Positions 47,750-58,448 are shown, counted from the first letter of the stretch. The stretch is DNA of 64,000 bases from Candidatus Obscuribacterales bacterium (GCA_965228855.1 CBDDIJ010000003.1:2464001-2528000), one strand, 5' to 3'. Notes: a model not told the origin generated them from the sequence alone. Numbers and translations are program-made.

Positions 47750-47830
47750 TTTATCAACAATAAACCATCAGTCGATGTCTGGACTAAACAACAAAAGAGT
47801 TGCGGTTTATAAATCGTAGAAATAAGAGAG

Positions 47831-47904
47831 GGCAGACGAGGGGACTTGAACCCCCGAGTGCTGGAACCACAATCCAGTGCCTTAACCACTTGGCGACGCC
47901 TGCC
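47831..47904 (-). tRNA. tRNA-His(GUG); G-1 genomically encoded, CCA not encoded
   Basis: GGCAGGCG..GCCAAGTGGTTAAGGC.CTGGA-TTGTGGT-TCCAG...GGGGG-TTCAAGT-CCCCT-CGTCTGCC forms a cloverleaf with 8-bp acceptor stem. Confidence 0.97.
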
Positions 47905-47959
47905 ATAGACGCGGAGAAACAGCTCCGGACTGCATTATACAAAAAATTCGCAAGCCATC

Positions 47960-50017
47960 TCACTTTAGATTGAGAAACGCAAAGAAGGGCGGCAAAACCC
48001 AAGCCAGTGCACCGCCTGCGGCGAAGGCGAAAATCCATGACCCGATCCAGATTGTGAGCGCCACCTTAGGTCCGCGCTCTTTTATCATGACGCCCACGGT
48101 TGCAATACAGGGCACAAACAAGGTAATGACAATCATGGCGGTCACAGCTTGAGCCGCTGTCAGAGCCACATCTGTTAGACCGAACGCGGCAAAATCGCGC
48201 CTCACAATACCTAATATAAAGGTAGTAGGAATGCGGGGGTCGTCAGGCAAATGCAGCCAGTGCACCACCAATGGTTGCAACGCGGTGACAAATAGATCTA
48301 ATAGACCGATCATTTGCGCAACGGTAACGAGAAATCCAGCAAGGCAAAACATGGGCGCTGCTTCGGTGAGAAACAACCAGGATTTTTTCCAGGTCTTTTT
48401 CGCGACGTTATCCCAACGGGGAAGACGCATGGGTGGCAGATCGATGAGAAGCGCTTGAGATTTTCCCGGAAGAATTTTGTTTAGTAGAAGACCGGAAACG
48501 GCAAGAATTCCGACAACGAGTAAACCGTAAACAGCCCAGGCCGCACCACCGCCAGCCCGAGCCAACGTTCCCGACACAACTCCAAGCTGTGCAGAACACG
48601 GAATGGCAATTCCAAGTAAAGCCGTTGCAATCATTTTCTCTCGATTGGTTGTGAGCAAACGAGTAGTAATCGTCGCCATCGTCACGCATCCCAAGCCGAG
48701 AATCAAGGGAATGATTGCGCGTCCGTTCAACCCGAGCTTGTTCATCATGCGATCGACGAGTACCGCCAGGCGAGGAAGATATCCGGAGTCCTCCAGCAAT
48801 GAAAGTCCCAGGTAGAAACCGAGCACAAGCGGCATCAATAGCCCAAGAAGATACGTTACTGTTAAGGTCAGAATTCCGTACTCTCCGACAAGAATGTTTC
48901 CAACTATCGTCAAAAAGTTGTTCTTGTACTTCCAAAAATCAAACTTGATCTCGTCTGGTTTCGTTGCAGCAATCGCAGCGTTATACTCAACAAGCGTTTC
49001 CTTAGAAACCTTTGAAGAAGCTGTTCCTTCGGGGAATTCAAACGTCTTTCCATTTGCTTCGATTGCAACTGGCGCGTAGGTTGCAACTGCTTTCCTCACC
49101 ACCGGTTCATAATAAACGCGCATAGTCTGATTCTCAGTAATCTCGACAAGATCACCGGCAATCCAGACGCCAAGCACCTGGTAAAAGATAAAGTAGCAAA
49201 CGAATAATGCAATCGCGCCACCATATATGGGGTGCAAGAGAAAACGTCCAAGTCGCACAGATAACTTTGTCGACTTCGCGCTCTCTTCTACACAATCGTG
49301 CACGAGCTCGTCAGCAAGGCGTCTTCGAGCGACATAGATTTCGTTTCTCGCGTCTTCGGAACTGACTCCGGTCTCTTCGATAGTTTGTTGATCCGCCTCA
49401 AGAACTAGCAAAGCGCGCGCCTGATCGAGACCACGCGCGACCAATGGTTGCAGTTTTTCCTGCATCTCAGGCAGTATCGCACCGGGCCGCGCACTTTTAA
49501 CGAGCGTCCCGATTTCTCTAACGCCCTTGTTCTCAACTGCAATGCAATACATCACAGGAACGCCCAGACGTTCTGACATCAAATCGAGGTCGATCGTAAG
49601 ACCTCGCTGCAGAGCTTCATCCCACTGGTTGAAGACGACTATGAGCGGCTTGCCCATGTCTATCAGTTGCAGGGTAAGAAACAGATCGCGATCCAAACTG
49701 AGAGCCGAAACTACATTGACCACAACGTCCGCTTCAAGAATCATCCGACGCGCCGCCCGCTCTTCGTCGTTCAGACTTGAAATGCCATATACCCCTGGCG
49801 TGTCAGCGAGCTCATGGGCGCCGAGATGTCCACGCGCGATGTCAATGGTGGTTCCAGGGTAGTTCGAAACATCAGCGCTGAGCCCGGTAAGCGCATTGAA
49901 AATTACAGACTTGCCTACGTTAGGATTGCCGGCCAATACGATACTGGCGCGAGCAGACACAGCCGGGTGACCACCCGAACTCTGATTATCTTTTGTCAGG
50001 TCGCGAACGCCGACCAT
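47960..50017 (-). CDS. feoB: Ferrous iron transporter B
   Basis: GNPNVGKS, NYPGTT, DTPG, LEDSGYLPR, GLGC, IPCSAQL, LFVPCIA; start at ATG 50017 after GAGG. Confidence 0.96.
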   Translation of the reverse strand: MVGVRDLTKDNQSSGGHPAVSARASIVLAGNPNVGKSVIFNALTGLSADVSNYPGTTIDIARGHLGAHELADTPGVYGISSLNDEERAARRMILEADVVVNVVSALSLDRDLFLTLQLIDMGKPLIVVFNQWDEALQRGLTIDLDLMSERLGVPVMYCIAVENKGVREIGTLVKSARPGAILPEMQEKLQPLVARGLDQARALLVLEADQQTIEETGVSSEDARNEIYVARRRLADELVHDCVEESAKSTKLSVRLGRFLLHPIYGGAIALFVCYFIFYQVLGVWIAGDLVEITENQTMRVYYEPVVRKAVATYAPVAIEANGKTFEFPEGTASSKVSKETLVEYNAAIAATKPDEIKFDFWKYKNNFLTIVGNILVGEYGILTLTVTYLLGLLMPLVLGFYLGLSLLEDSGYLPRLAVLVDRMMNKLGLNGRAIIPLILGLGCVTMATITTRLLTTNREKMIATALLGIAIPCSAQLGVVSGTLARAGGGAAWAVYGLLVVGILAVSGLLLNKILPGKSQALLIDLPPMRLPRWDNVAKKTWKKSWLFLTEAAPMFCLAGFLVTVAQMIGLLDLFVTALQPLVVHWLHLPDDPRIPTTFILGIVRRDFAAFGLTDVALTAAQAVTAMIVITLFVPCIATVGVMIKERGPKVALTIWIGSWIFAFAAGGALAWVLPPFFAFLNLK

Positions 50018-50074
50018 ACATACCGCCTCGAATCCACCACAGCTAAAACGTCGCTGCCCGGCGGACCACATCTA

Positions 50075-50093
50075 ATTGAGAAATTTTATCAAT
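50075..50093. promoter_or_regulatory. Fur-box-like 9-1-9 palindrome upstream of feoB
   Basis: ATTGAGAAA-t-TTTATCAAT, one mismatch from a perfect palindrome, in the feoB/M16 divergent region. Confidence 0.7.
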
Positions 50094-50187
50094 AAAGGCG
50101 GCTCAAGAGCGACCCACCTGAGCAAACATGCTAATGTAGCCACGGACTTGAAGCCGGAAACGCAAACAGGCAGCCGAACTTACAGGA

Positions 50188-53100
50188 ATGGCAATTTTGA
50201 TGACACTCAAAAAAATTAGTCAATTGAGATTCTCTGCCCCGTTCAAGAGGCTCATGACGCTCGTGCTGGTTACCTGCCTTTCACTTGGGTTTCTGAGTTC
50301 CGCTGCGGTCGGTCAGTCCGCGCCCAGGACTATCAACGCCGTAAAACTTGCAAATGGTTTGCGCGTAATATTGATTGAAGAACCAGCCTTCCCGATGATT
50401 TCCAGCCAACTCTGGCTGCACGTCGGCTCATTCGACGATCCCGCCGGAGCCAGCGGCACCTGTCACGTAATAGAACACCTCCTGGCCGAAACCATGAAAG
50501 CCAACGGCGCCAGCCTCGCTCGACGATTGATCGGAAGCGGTGGGCGTTACGACGCCTTCACGAGCGACGACTTCACCGTGTTTCTTGAGAATCTTCCTTC
50601 CACCCAACTGGAACTGGCGTTGTCTCTCCAGGCTGAGCGCTTGAAGGACAGGAATTTTTCCGCGCAGGCTGTCGATGTAGCGGCAAAACAGGTGGCACTG
50701 GAAATCGAAGCCTCGCATTCCAATCCCGACCGAACCTTATTGAGAGAAGTTCGCGCTCTTCGGTTCACCAGACATCCATATAAGAACCTACCTTCCGGAA
50801 TCGAAGAAGAAATCAAGTCACTTAACCCGCAAATCGCCACCGATTTTTTCAAAGAACATTTCATCCCCTCCAACGCAACGCTTGTTTTATCAGGAGACTT
50901 GAAGGCCAATCAGGCATTGAAGCTGGTGGAACAGTATCTTGGCTCAATTCCTGCTCGCAAGGGGATGTCACCGAATCTAATACCATACGAACCACTTCAA
51001 ACGGGTGAAAGAAGAGTCTACTTAAAGTACGGCGGGAAGAAAAACAAACTGCTTATCGCCTTCCAGGCTCCAGCAGCAACTGATCCTAGCGCCGCTCCCA
51101 CAGCGGTCCTTGAGAGTCTGCTAGGAAATTCGACCTGCGGGCTTCTGCATGATTTCGCTGTCAATACAAAAGTCTGCGACTCCGCCTCAGCATCATACGA
51201 ACTGAGAAAAAATCCGGGAGTTCTCTCCATCTCCTGCGAGGCTCCGGCAAACGTCAGCTCGACAAAAATGCTCTCCACCATCGAGGAGGTGTGCGACAAA
51301 ATTAGAGAGGGCAGTTTCGACGATGCGGCACTTGCCGAAGCAAGAAAGCGCGCCGTATTTTCCTTTCTGAAAAACAAAATCGGTCCATACAAAACCGGTT
51401 TTCAGCTCGGCTTCTTCGATTCCCTCGAAAAATTAGACCAGGCGGAACTCTGGCAGCGCCAGTTGGAATCGGTTTCAAAACAGGATGTGTTGCGGCTGGC
51501 AGCATCATATCTGGTGTCATCGAAGCGCAGCGTCGGATTTATGCTCGGTCAAACCAGCGCATCGTCAGTTCAGAAAACAGCATACAGGCCATCTGTGAAA
51601 ACGCTGGCCTCGTCGTCCTGTGCAAAACCAGACCGCCAACAAATGCACTTTTGCAGATCTGCGCTCGGGAATATGCAAATTGCTGCCTACGATCCATATC
51701 TAGATGGTTCGAGAACAGACTCAACTGACGAACCCCAGGATGAAGCCCCGGACGCCCCTGCTGAAGACTCATCGACGGGCACGTCGATTCCCCCTGCCGC
51801 CGGCTCCGCTGGACCAAGCACCACCACTTCGTCAGGCCCATCTGGTTCTACAACCGTCACTGGAACGCCGGTTAAACAAACGCAGCCACCACAGGTGACG
51901 ACAGAACCGGATACGGTGGCGGCACCACAGGAAGAGGCACCTCGCGCACCAGCCTCCGCAACCCGTTCGAATATCAGCGAGTTCATCCTTATAAACGGAA
52001 TTCGATTGATAGTGTTCAAAGCAGACTCGAGTCCTGTAGTACGCATATCTGGCGCTGTACGAGCCGGGCACGTCTATGACCCTATCAATAAACCTGGATT
52101 GTCGGACACCACGGTAGCCCTGATGAATGGAAGCTCCGCGAAGATATCGAAAGAAAACTCAGCACGTATGCAAGCGCAAAACGGGTTAGACCGCGCTGAC
52201 CAGATAAGATTTTTCGAGGGTCGCGAACAAATTTCATTCCACACGAGCTGCCTGGTGCAAGATCTGGCAACTCAACTCAAATTGGTTAGCCACCATTTGA
52301 CAGACCCAGCCCTCGACGACGCATCGCTAAGCGCAGCTCGCAACACGGTCGCTGGTACCATCAAGCGCAGACAGAACACCGTTCAGGATCGCGCCAATCG
52401 GCTTCTTCTTCAAAACTTACTCTCCGACAAGTCTCAGTTCAATCCGCCCAGCCCTCATGAACTCCTCGCGTCCGTTCTAAAAATCACCGCGGATGATATC
52501 AATCAGTTTCGCGGAACCAACATCGCACCCTCAACTACCACTATCGTATTATCAGGGAATATAGACCCTCAAGACGCGAATCGACTGGTTACGAGTGCGT
52601 TGGGTCAGTGGCAGGGCAAAGCAAAAACACCGGCAGTCAGCGCTCAGGCAAACAAGCGTCTGGTCACGAAGGTGAATTTGCCCTCCGACGACAACGTCAA
52701 AGTGGAGCTTGCACTCGGTCGTTTGTTGCCGACGCCTGTTTCAAAACCGGAATACGCACGCCTGATTTTGGCAGACTGCGCTCTTCTCAAGCATCCGCTT
52801 TACGCGCGCCTGACGAATCCTAAGAAGATGCCCGACCTGGATGACTCAGTCTCGATTCAAAGTATTTTGATGCCGATGGCTCAACAGTGCGCCTGGATTC
52901 TGGACGTTAACTTGACCGAAGCGAAGCTGCCTGGTATCGCGGGCGCTATCAAACAACAATTCAGAGACTTGCAGACGACAGGTCTGAGTAATTCCGAACT
53001 GTCTGAGATGAAGCGATTTATCAGCGGACAAGTTTGTGTAAATCGATTGAATGATGTGATTCACAGCGCTGACAGCATAATCGACGCGGTTTCGACCGAC

Positions 53101-53271
53101 CGAGAACCAGACTACTGGTTTAACTTGCCCTCAGCGATTGAGGCAACAGCTCTTGGCGATGTAAACCAATTCATCAAAAACGAGTTCCAGCCGGATAAAG
53201 CGTGTGTCGTTGTTGCCGGAAGTAAGAAGGCAATCAAGCTTGTCCCGTCTTTTAGACGCGGAAAAGATTAG
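50188..53271 (+). CDS. Exported M16 (insulinase/pitrilysin) family metallopeptidase; two halves joined by a Ser/Thr/Pro linker
   Basis: LANGLRV, GS.DDP.G..G..HVIEH (HxxEH), HPY, second L.NG.RL repeat. Confidence 0.9.
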   Translation: MAILMTLKKISQLRFSAPFKRLMTLVLVTCLSLGFLSSAAVGQSAPRTINAVKLANGLRVILIEEPAFPMISSQLWLHVGSFDDPAGASGTCHVIEHLLAETMKANGASLARRLIGSGGRYDAFTSDDFTVFLENLPSTQLELALSLQAERLKDRNFSAQAVDVAAKQVALEIEASHSNPDRTLLREVRALRFTRHPYKNLPSGIEEEIKSLNPQIATDFFKEHFIPSNATLVLSGDLKANQALKLVEQYLGSIPARKGMSPNLIPYEPLQTGERRVYLKYGGKKNKLLIAFQAPAATDPSAAPTAVLESLLGNSTCGLLHDFAVNTKVCDSASASYELRKNPGVLSISCEAPANVSSTKMLSTIEEVCDKIREGSFDDAALAEARKRAVFSFLKNKIGPYKTGFQLGFFDSLEKLDQAELWQRQLESVSKQDVLRLAASYLVSSKRSVGFMLGQTSASSVQKTAYRPSVKTLASSSCAKPDRQQMHFCRSALGNMQIAAYDPYLDGSRTDSTDEPQDEAPDAPAEDSSTGTSIPPAAGSAGPSTTTSSGPSGSTTVTGTPVKQTQPPQVTTEPDTVAAPQEEAPRAPASATRSNISEFILINGIRLIVFKADSSPVVRISGAVRAGHVYDPINKPGLSDTTVALMNGSSAKISKENSARMQAQNGLDRADQIRFFEGREQISFHTSCLVQDLATQLKLVSHHLTDPALDDASLSAARNTVAGTIKRRQNTVQDRANRLLLQNLLSDKSQFNPPSPHELLASVLKITADDINQFRGTNIAPSTTTIVLSGNIDPQDANRLVTSALGQWQGKAKTPAVSAQANKRLVTKVNLPSDDNVKVELALGRLLPTPVSKPEYARLILADCALLKHPLYARLTNPKKMPDLDDSVSIQSILMPMAQQCAWILDVNLTEAKLPGIAGAIKQQFRDLQTTGLSNSELSEMKRFISGQVCVNRLNDVIHSADSIIDAVSTDREPDYWFNLPSAIEATALGDVNQFIKNEFQPDKACVVVAGSKKAIKLVPSFRRGKD

Positions 53272-53822
53272 GCTAAATTCATGGTTCTGAACTGCCTTAT
53301 AGCAACCCCTCAAATGAGTTTTTGATAAACAACGAGAACTCGATCCTCATGACAATTAACACGAACTCATCCAGACATATAGCCGACCAATATTGTGGTT
53401 GAGCAGTGCTCATATAAACAAGGCAACCGCCAGCAACAAGGCGTTTTGGCGCAAATCTGTGCCTATCGGCTGTTTACAGGGTAAAAAACGGCAAGAGCGT
53501 TAGCCGCCCTATCAATGGAAATAGCGTTAAACAGAAGATTGTAAAGGTTAACGAGGTTGTCAATTATTTAATCTCCGACTGTCTCAACGCCCGTGGACAT
53601 TGCGTTTACGGCACTTCGGGAATTGTCAATGCTCGCAAACATAGTCAGAGATAGGCTTTCCAGCCCTTTCCTCCAGTTTGACTTTCTAGTGACAAGTCCG
53701 CTAAGATGCAGCGGTGAATTTTGCATGCGACCGAAAGGATGAAGGTTTGCGATCATTCATTCGCTTAAATAAGTGATGTCGCGGCAAACTGAAAGCACCT
53801 TTCCACAGGAAACCTGAAAGCG

Positions 53823-54611
53823 ATGGTAACAGTGGTAGAAGAAGACAGACAAACAAATATGACGCCAGCAGAACGCGTGGAATCCTTCCTCGAAGACAAT
53901 TCGAATTTTGATGCCACCATGCTCGATTCCATTCCGGAATTCATTCGCGAAGATATAGACGAAGATCGTCGTAAGCCACAACTCGACGCCAAACCCATGC
54001 TGCCCGCAGTAGCCTCGGTAGAGGTGGTAAACAGATCAAGCGAAGCAGGCACGATACCTCTGGTATCGACACGAACGGAGCGCACCGCATCTGGTGATGC
54101 TGCGTCGGACACACCACCGGCCGACGAGCTCGAAGCTCTCTGGCCAGGCGTACACCAAGAATTCATTCCGTCAGCAAAGAGAAACCCAAGCTTCTATATG
54201 ATGATGGGCTTCATGGCTGGTGCCGTGGTATCACTCCTCGGCGTATGGGGATACTCCGCGGTCGGTTCTAAGATAATCGCAGGCGGAGAGTCCAAACAAA
54301 TTCTCGTCGCAGGTGCGGCAACCAAGGCCGCAGATACATCCCAAGAGCAAGAACTCGAGACAAAGAGTACCGATCCAAACGCTACCTTGATTCCGATCAG
54401 CAGCACCTATGAAGTGAAGCCGAACGATACTCTGGTAGTTATCGCGATGAAGAACTACAAGAAAGTGACGCCGCGTCTTCTGGACGAAATCGTGAAAGCG
54501 AACGGACTGAAGAGCGCTAACGTTCTCAGCCTCGGACAAAAGTTGACCTTGCCGAACTACAAGCCGCAATCTAGCGCTATCGCAGCATCGAGTTCGGGAC
54601 AAGTTCATTGA
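53823..54611 (+). CDS. Bitopic membrane protein with C-terminal LysM domain
   Basis: Acidic N-terminus, one TM, YEVKPNDTL..IA......I.KANGL......GQKLTLP. Confidence 0.88.
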   Translation: MVTVVEEDRQTNMTPAERVESFLEDNSNFDATMLDSIPEFIREDIDEDRRKPQLDAKPMLPAVASVEVVNRSSEAGTIPLVSTRTERTASGDAASDTPPADELEALWPGVHQEFIPSAKRNPSFYMMMGFMAGAVVSLLGVWGYSAVGSKIIAGGESKQILVAGAATKAADTSQEQELETKSTDPNATLIPISSTYEVKPNDTLVVIAMKNYKKVTPRLLDEIVKANGLKSANVLSLGQKLTLPNYKPQSSAIAASSSGQVH

Positions 54612-56680
54612 CCAACACGGCTCCGGAGCCTAACAACTTCGCAGGCGAAGACCAGAGTCTCACGCCTGCGTTTGTATCTTCACCCCAGTTAGAGTTCGCA
54701 CCAGCCCTGGTATCGTCGAAAGATCTCTTACCACCACTTGTGGTCGATCTGCCTGACGGAAGTAACTTCACTCTGGACCAAGCTTACGAAGAGCTGCAAA
54801 ACAAGCTGCCCTTTTACGAGCATCGCCAGGAGCAGATAGAGCTTTCGCGCTTGATAGAGCGCGCCATCAAATCAGGTAAAACTGGCGTATTCGAAGCCGG
54901 CACCGGCATCGGAAAGAGCCTTGCCGCTTTGATTCCGGCCGCCCTCTCCGGAAAGCGTGTCGTGGTATCAACAGCGACCATCTCTCTGCAAGACCAATAC
55001 ATCAAAAAGGAAATTCCGCTCCTCAGGCAACTTCTTCCGCGACAAATTCAGGTTGCGTTGCTGAAAGGCCGGGGCAATTATGTAGGTCTGCGTCGCTTCA
55101 ACGATCATATGAAGGAGCAAACCGCCGACGACGATTTTGTCGACTGGGTCAACGAAACCGATACCGGCGACATAGGCGAGCTGGAATTTGTGCCGCCCTT
55201 CGAAGTCTGGTCAGAAATTAATTCCGACAGCGATGATTGTTTGAGAAACAAATGTCCGCAGTTTCAGAACTGCTTCTTTTTCAACTCCAGACGACAGGCG
55301 GAAAAAGCAGATATTATAGTTGTGAACCACGCGCTTCTCCTGGCCGACGCAGCTTCGCGGGGTGCGGTGCTGCCCGAATACGAAGTTTTAATCGTTGACG
55401 AGGCGCATCATTTAAACTCAATCGCCACAGACGCATTTAGCGTTTCGCTCACCAGTCGCGGTATCAGACGTCTTGCCACACGCGCGTTGAAACGGGTAAA
55501 CGCACCGGTTCCACTCGTAGAAGAAGTCGAACAATCGGCTCATGAACTCTTCCAATACCTCAATAGCGAACTGCGCTACAGCCGAATGAGAATCCATCGC
55601 GCGGTTCCGGAAGCTCAGGAATTGGACGATGCGCTGCACGCTCTCAGAAAGTGGCTCAGCGACCAGACATTCGAAAATATTCTAGATGTCGATCAGGCGC
55701 AAGAAAAAGCAAAGCTGAAAGCGAAAGCAATCATAACCAACATCGACACTTACCTGCACTGCTTGAGTCTCCTCATGGACCCGCAGTCCGACTGGGTCAC
55801 ATGGGTCGAGCGCCAGGATTCAACGGCATCTCGCATGTCAATCACCTCCGCTCCACTAGACGTATCCGAATATATTTCCGATTTGCTTTTAAATAAAGAT
55901 GGTCTGGAGTCGGCAAATTTCATGTCAGCGACCCTCGCCACCACAGGCGATGACCCATTCCGATATTTCAAGAAGGAATCCGGCATCAATGGTCGCGTGG
56001 TCCAGGAGAAGTATCTAAGTCCTTTCGACTACGAAAAACAATCAATACTCTACCTTCCAAAACTCATGCCCGAACCCAATTCTCCGGACTTCCTCGGAAT
56101 GGCCGCTTCCGAGATCGAGCGACTCATTGAAATTTCCCAGGGCCGGGCATTTGTCCTCTTCACCAGCAAGTATGCGCTCAATACAACCTTCGATGCGGTC
56201 TCACAGAGCCTCCCCTATCCAGCCAAGCGCCAGGGAGAGTTGTCGCGCCAGAAACTGATCGAGTGGTTCCGCGCGACACCAAATGCGATACTATTTGGAA
56301 CATCGAGTTTCTGGGAAGGCGTGTCCGTTGACGGAGAACAGCTCAGCTGCGTCATCATAGACAGAATCCCGTTTCAAGTTCCCGACGACCCGGTCCACGA
56401 AGCGCGTTGCGACCAGATGAAACAAAGTCAGGAGCGCAGTTGGTTTAACGACCTGGCGCTGCCCCATGCAATCACGCGACTGAAACAGGGTGTGGGCCGG
56501 CTTATCCGTACTCAGACAGACTACGGAGTGGTAGCCATTCTCGATCCGCGCCTGACGAAAAAACCTTACGGACGAAAAATTATCGATTGCCTGCCGCCCA
56601 TGCAACAGACTAATAACCTGCGGGCCGTCGAAGATTTCTTCGACTCTATTCCGAAAGGTCAACAACTGTCATTGTTTTAA
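54608..56680 (+). CDS. DinG/YoaA-family ATP-dependent DNA helicase (start may be further downstream)
   Basis: R.EQ, EAGTGIGKS, VVNH.LL, DEAH, SATL, SPFDY, LFTS, FWEGV, QGVGRLIR. Confidence 0.94.
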   Translation: MTNTAPEPNNFAGEDQSLTPAFVSSPQLEFAPALVSSKDLLPPLVVDLPDGSNFTLDQAYEELQNKLPFYEHRQEQIELSRLIERAIKSGKTGVFEAGTGIGKSLAALIPAALSGKRVVVSTATISLQDQYIKKEIPLLRQLLPRQIQVALLKGRGNYVGLRRFNDHMKEQTADDDFVDWVNETDTGDIGELEFVPPFEVWSEINSDSDDCLRNKCPQFQNCFFFNSRRQAEKADIIVVNHALLLADAASRGAVLPEYEVLIVDEAHHLNSIATDAFSVSLTSRGIRRLATRALKRVNAPVPLVEEVEQSAHELFQYLNSELRYSRMRIHRAVPEAQELDDALHALRKWLSDQTFENILDVDQAQEKAKLKAKAIITNIDTYLHCLSLLMDPQSDWVTWVERQDSTASRMSITSAPLDVSEYISDLLLNKDGLESANFMSATLATTGDDPFRYFKKESGINGRVVQEKYLSPFDYEKQSILYLPKLMPEPNSPDFLGMAASEIERLIEISQGRAFVLFTSKYALNTTFDAVSQSLPYPAKRQGELSRQKLIEWFRATPNAILFGTSSFWEGVSVDGEQLSCVIIDRIPFQVPDDPVHEARCDQMKQSQERSWFNDLALPHAITRLKQGVGRLIRTQTDYGVVAILDPRLTKKPYGRKIIDCLPPMQQTNNLRAVEDFFDSIPKGQQLSLF

Positions 56681-56728
56681 AACCGACGCAGCCGCCATCC
56701 GGTTTTACTGAAAGTTCTGAATGTGCAG

Positions 56729-57229
56729 TTATTGCGCCACTTCAGGCGGTGGCACGTTCTCATCGCCGCCCAGGTCCTCTTCGTCATCTGCAATAGACAC
56801 CATATCCGGAGTTCGGATAAGGACGAGCGAAGAGCCGCAGTGATCCACCAGGTAGTGAACGATCGGATCCCGTTTGAAAAAGAAGTTGGACGGATGTTTT
56901 ACAACATCTGTCGTTCCGATGAACAGCATTTCAGCGTTCAATTCCTTAGCAGTCTCGACAATTGTCTTCGCGACTTCACCAACTTTGACGATTCCGGAGG
57001 CATTGACGCCTTGATTTTTCAAGCGTCCCACAACCTCATCGACCTGGCTCTTCGCCTTGTCTAGCGGTCTGTCGGTGGAAATCAGCTGGGCTACCACGCC
57101 GACCTTCTCCGGGTCGGGAACCACGCGGAGCAATACGACCTCGGCCCCCAGTGCCTTGGCGTGCCTCGCAGCCGTATCGACTGTTTTTGCACTGCGTTTA
57201 GGGCTGCTGAATGCAACCACAAATTTCAC
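56729..57229 (-). CDS. Universal stress protein (USP)
   Basis: MKFVVAFS.., G.V.K.IV..A....A..L.IG pattern; GGGG RBS; follows PiT. Confidence 0.85.
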   Translation of the reverse strand: MKFVVAFSSPKRSAKTVDTAARHAKALGAEVVLLRVVPDPEKVGVVAQLISTDRPLDKAKSQVDEVVGRLKNQGVNASGIVKVGEVAKTIVETAKELNAEMLFIGTTDVVKHPSNFFFKRDPIVHYLVDHCGSSLVLIRTPDMVSIADDEEDLGGDENVPPPEVAQ

Positions 57230-57242
57230 GATCGCTGCCCCC

Positions 57243-58298
57243 TTACGCGTGCCAAACGGCTTTCAAAATCAAATAGCAAACTGCCGCAAGTATAAATGCT
57301 ATCGGAAAAGTCAGCACCCAGGCAAGCAGAATCAATTTAAGAGTCTTAGGATTGAGCTTGTCTTTACCATGCATCGGAATCGTTCCGCCGGCCACAGCGG
57401 AGCTGAGCGTATGCGTAGTGCTTATTGGAGCGCCTATTGTCGACGCCACAAGAATAATCATCGCGGTAGAGAAAGATGCACCGAAACCTTGCGAGTGGCT
57501 TAGCCGCTCTCTACTGATCTTAGTGCCTACTGTTCGAATCACACGCCATCCGCCAATAATTGTACCTAAACCGATGGCAGTGGCCGCTGAGATGACCACC
57601 CAGATTGGCACATGGCTGGTTGAATATCCGGCAAAATGCGTCGCGAGAATGAGCGTGATGATACCCATTGTCTTTTGCCCGTCGTTGCTTCCGTGGCTGA
57701 AACTGACTGAAGCGCTGGCGAAGATGTGCATCCAACGCATAAACTGGTAGTGAGATTGCTTCTTGCTCCCCGGATTTTCCTTTTCCTTGGAATACAGCAG
57801 CGCAAGCCAGGTTGTAAGCGCACCGGCGCCAAAACCGACGAGCGGTGAAATCAACAACGCCAGAAAAACTTTATTGAGTTCGTGCCACTCCACGCCCTCC
57901 ATTCCGGCTGCCGTGACGCCGGCGCCGAAGAGACTGCCGATGAGACAATGCGAGGAGCTGACCGGAATCCCGTACCACCAGGTCACCAGGTTCCAAACAA
58001 CCGCTGAGACGAGAACAGCAACCACGATTGGCAGCGTAACGGTTTCCTGCGGAATGATCTTCGTGATGACCTGAGCAACGGCCGTTCCAACAAGCAACGC
58101 GCCCAAGCAGTTGAGTAAACCGCTCATGACGATCGCCACACCAGGTTTCAAAGCCTTGGTGTATATAACGGTTGCGCAAGCGTTGGCTGTGTCGTGAAAG
58201 CCGTTTACGAAGTCGAATCCAAGTGCGAGGGCAACGGCAAGAACGGCGACGATCGTGTCGGGATTCATTTGTTGCGACGACTCCGTAAGTTCGGACAA
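57243..58298 (-). CDS. PiT-family inorganic phosphate transporter
   Basis: NGFHDTAN, PVSSSH, SHGSNDGQK.MG, PISTTH. Confidence 0.95.
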   Translation of the reverse strand: MSELTESSQQMNPDTIVAVLAVALALGFDFVNGFHDTANACATVIYTKALKPGVAIVMSGLLNCLGALLVGTAVAQVITKIIPQETVTLPIVVAVLVSAVVWNLVTWWYGIPVSSSHCLIGSLFGAGVTAAGMEGVEWHELNKVFLALLISPLVGFGAGALTTWLALLYSKEKENPGSKKQSHYQFMRWMHIFASASVSFSHGSNDGQKTMGIITLILATHFAGYSTSHVPIWVVISAATAIGLGTIIGGWRVIRTVGTKISRERLSHSQGFGASFSTAMIILVASTIGAPISTTHTLSSAVAGGTIPMHGKDKLNPKTLKLILLAWVLTFPIAFILAAVCYLILKAVWHA

Positions 58299-58448
58299 AT
58301 TTCACATCAATAGATATCAACTCAGCGGTTAAGGACACCTTAACCCCAAAGCTAAAAGCAGTTTTTCGTTACACAGGCAAAATAGAACCCAAGCGGCAAT
58401 TGAGAAGCTAAAATCAGATTGAACTAATTCATAATGCGGCAATAAACT

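Noticed and set aside
43279..47830. Genomic island integrated at tRNA-His
   Set aside because: No integrase and no duplicated tRNA 3' end seen in the window.
47784..48038. 84-aa minus-strand ORF
   Set aside because: Overlaps tRNA-His and the feoB end; spurious.
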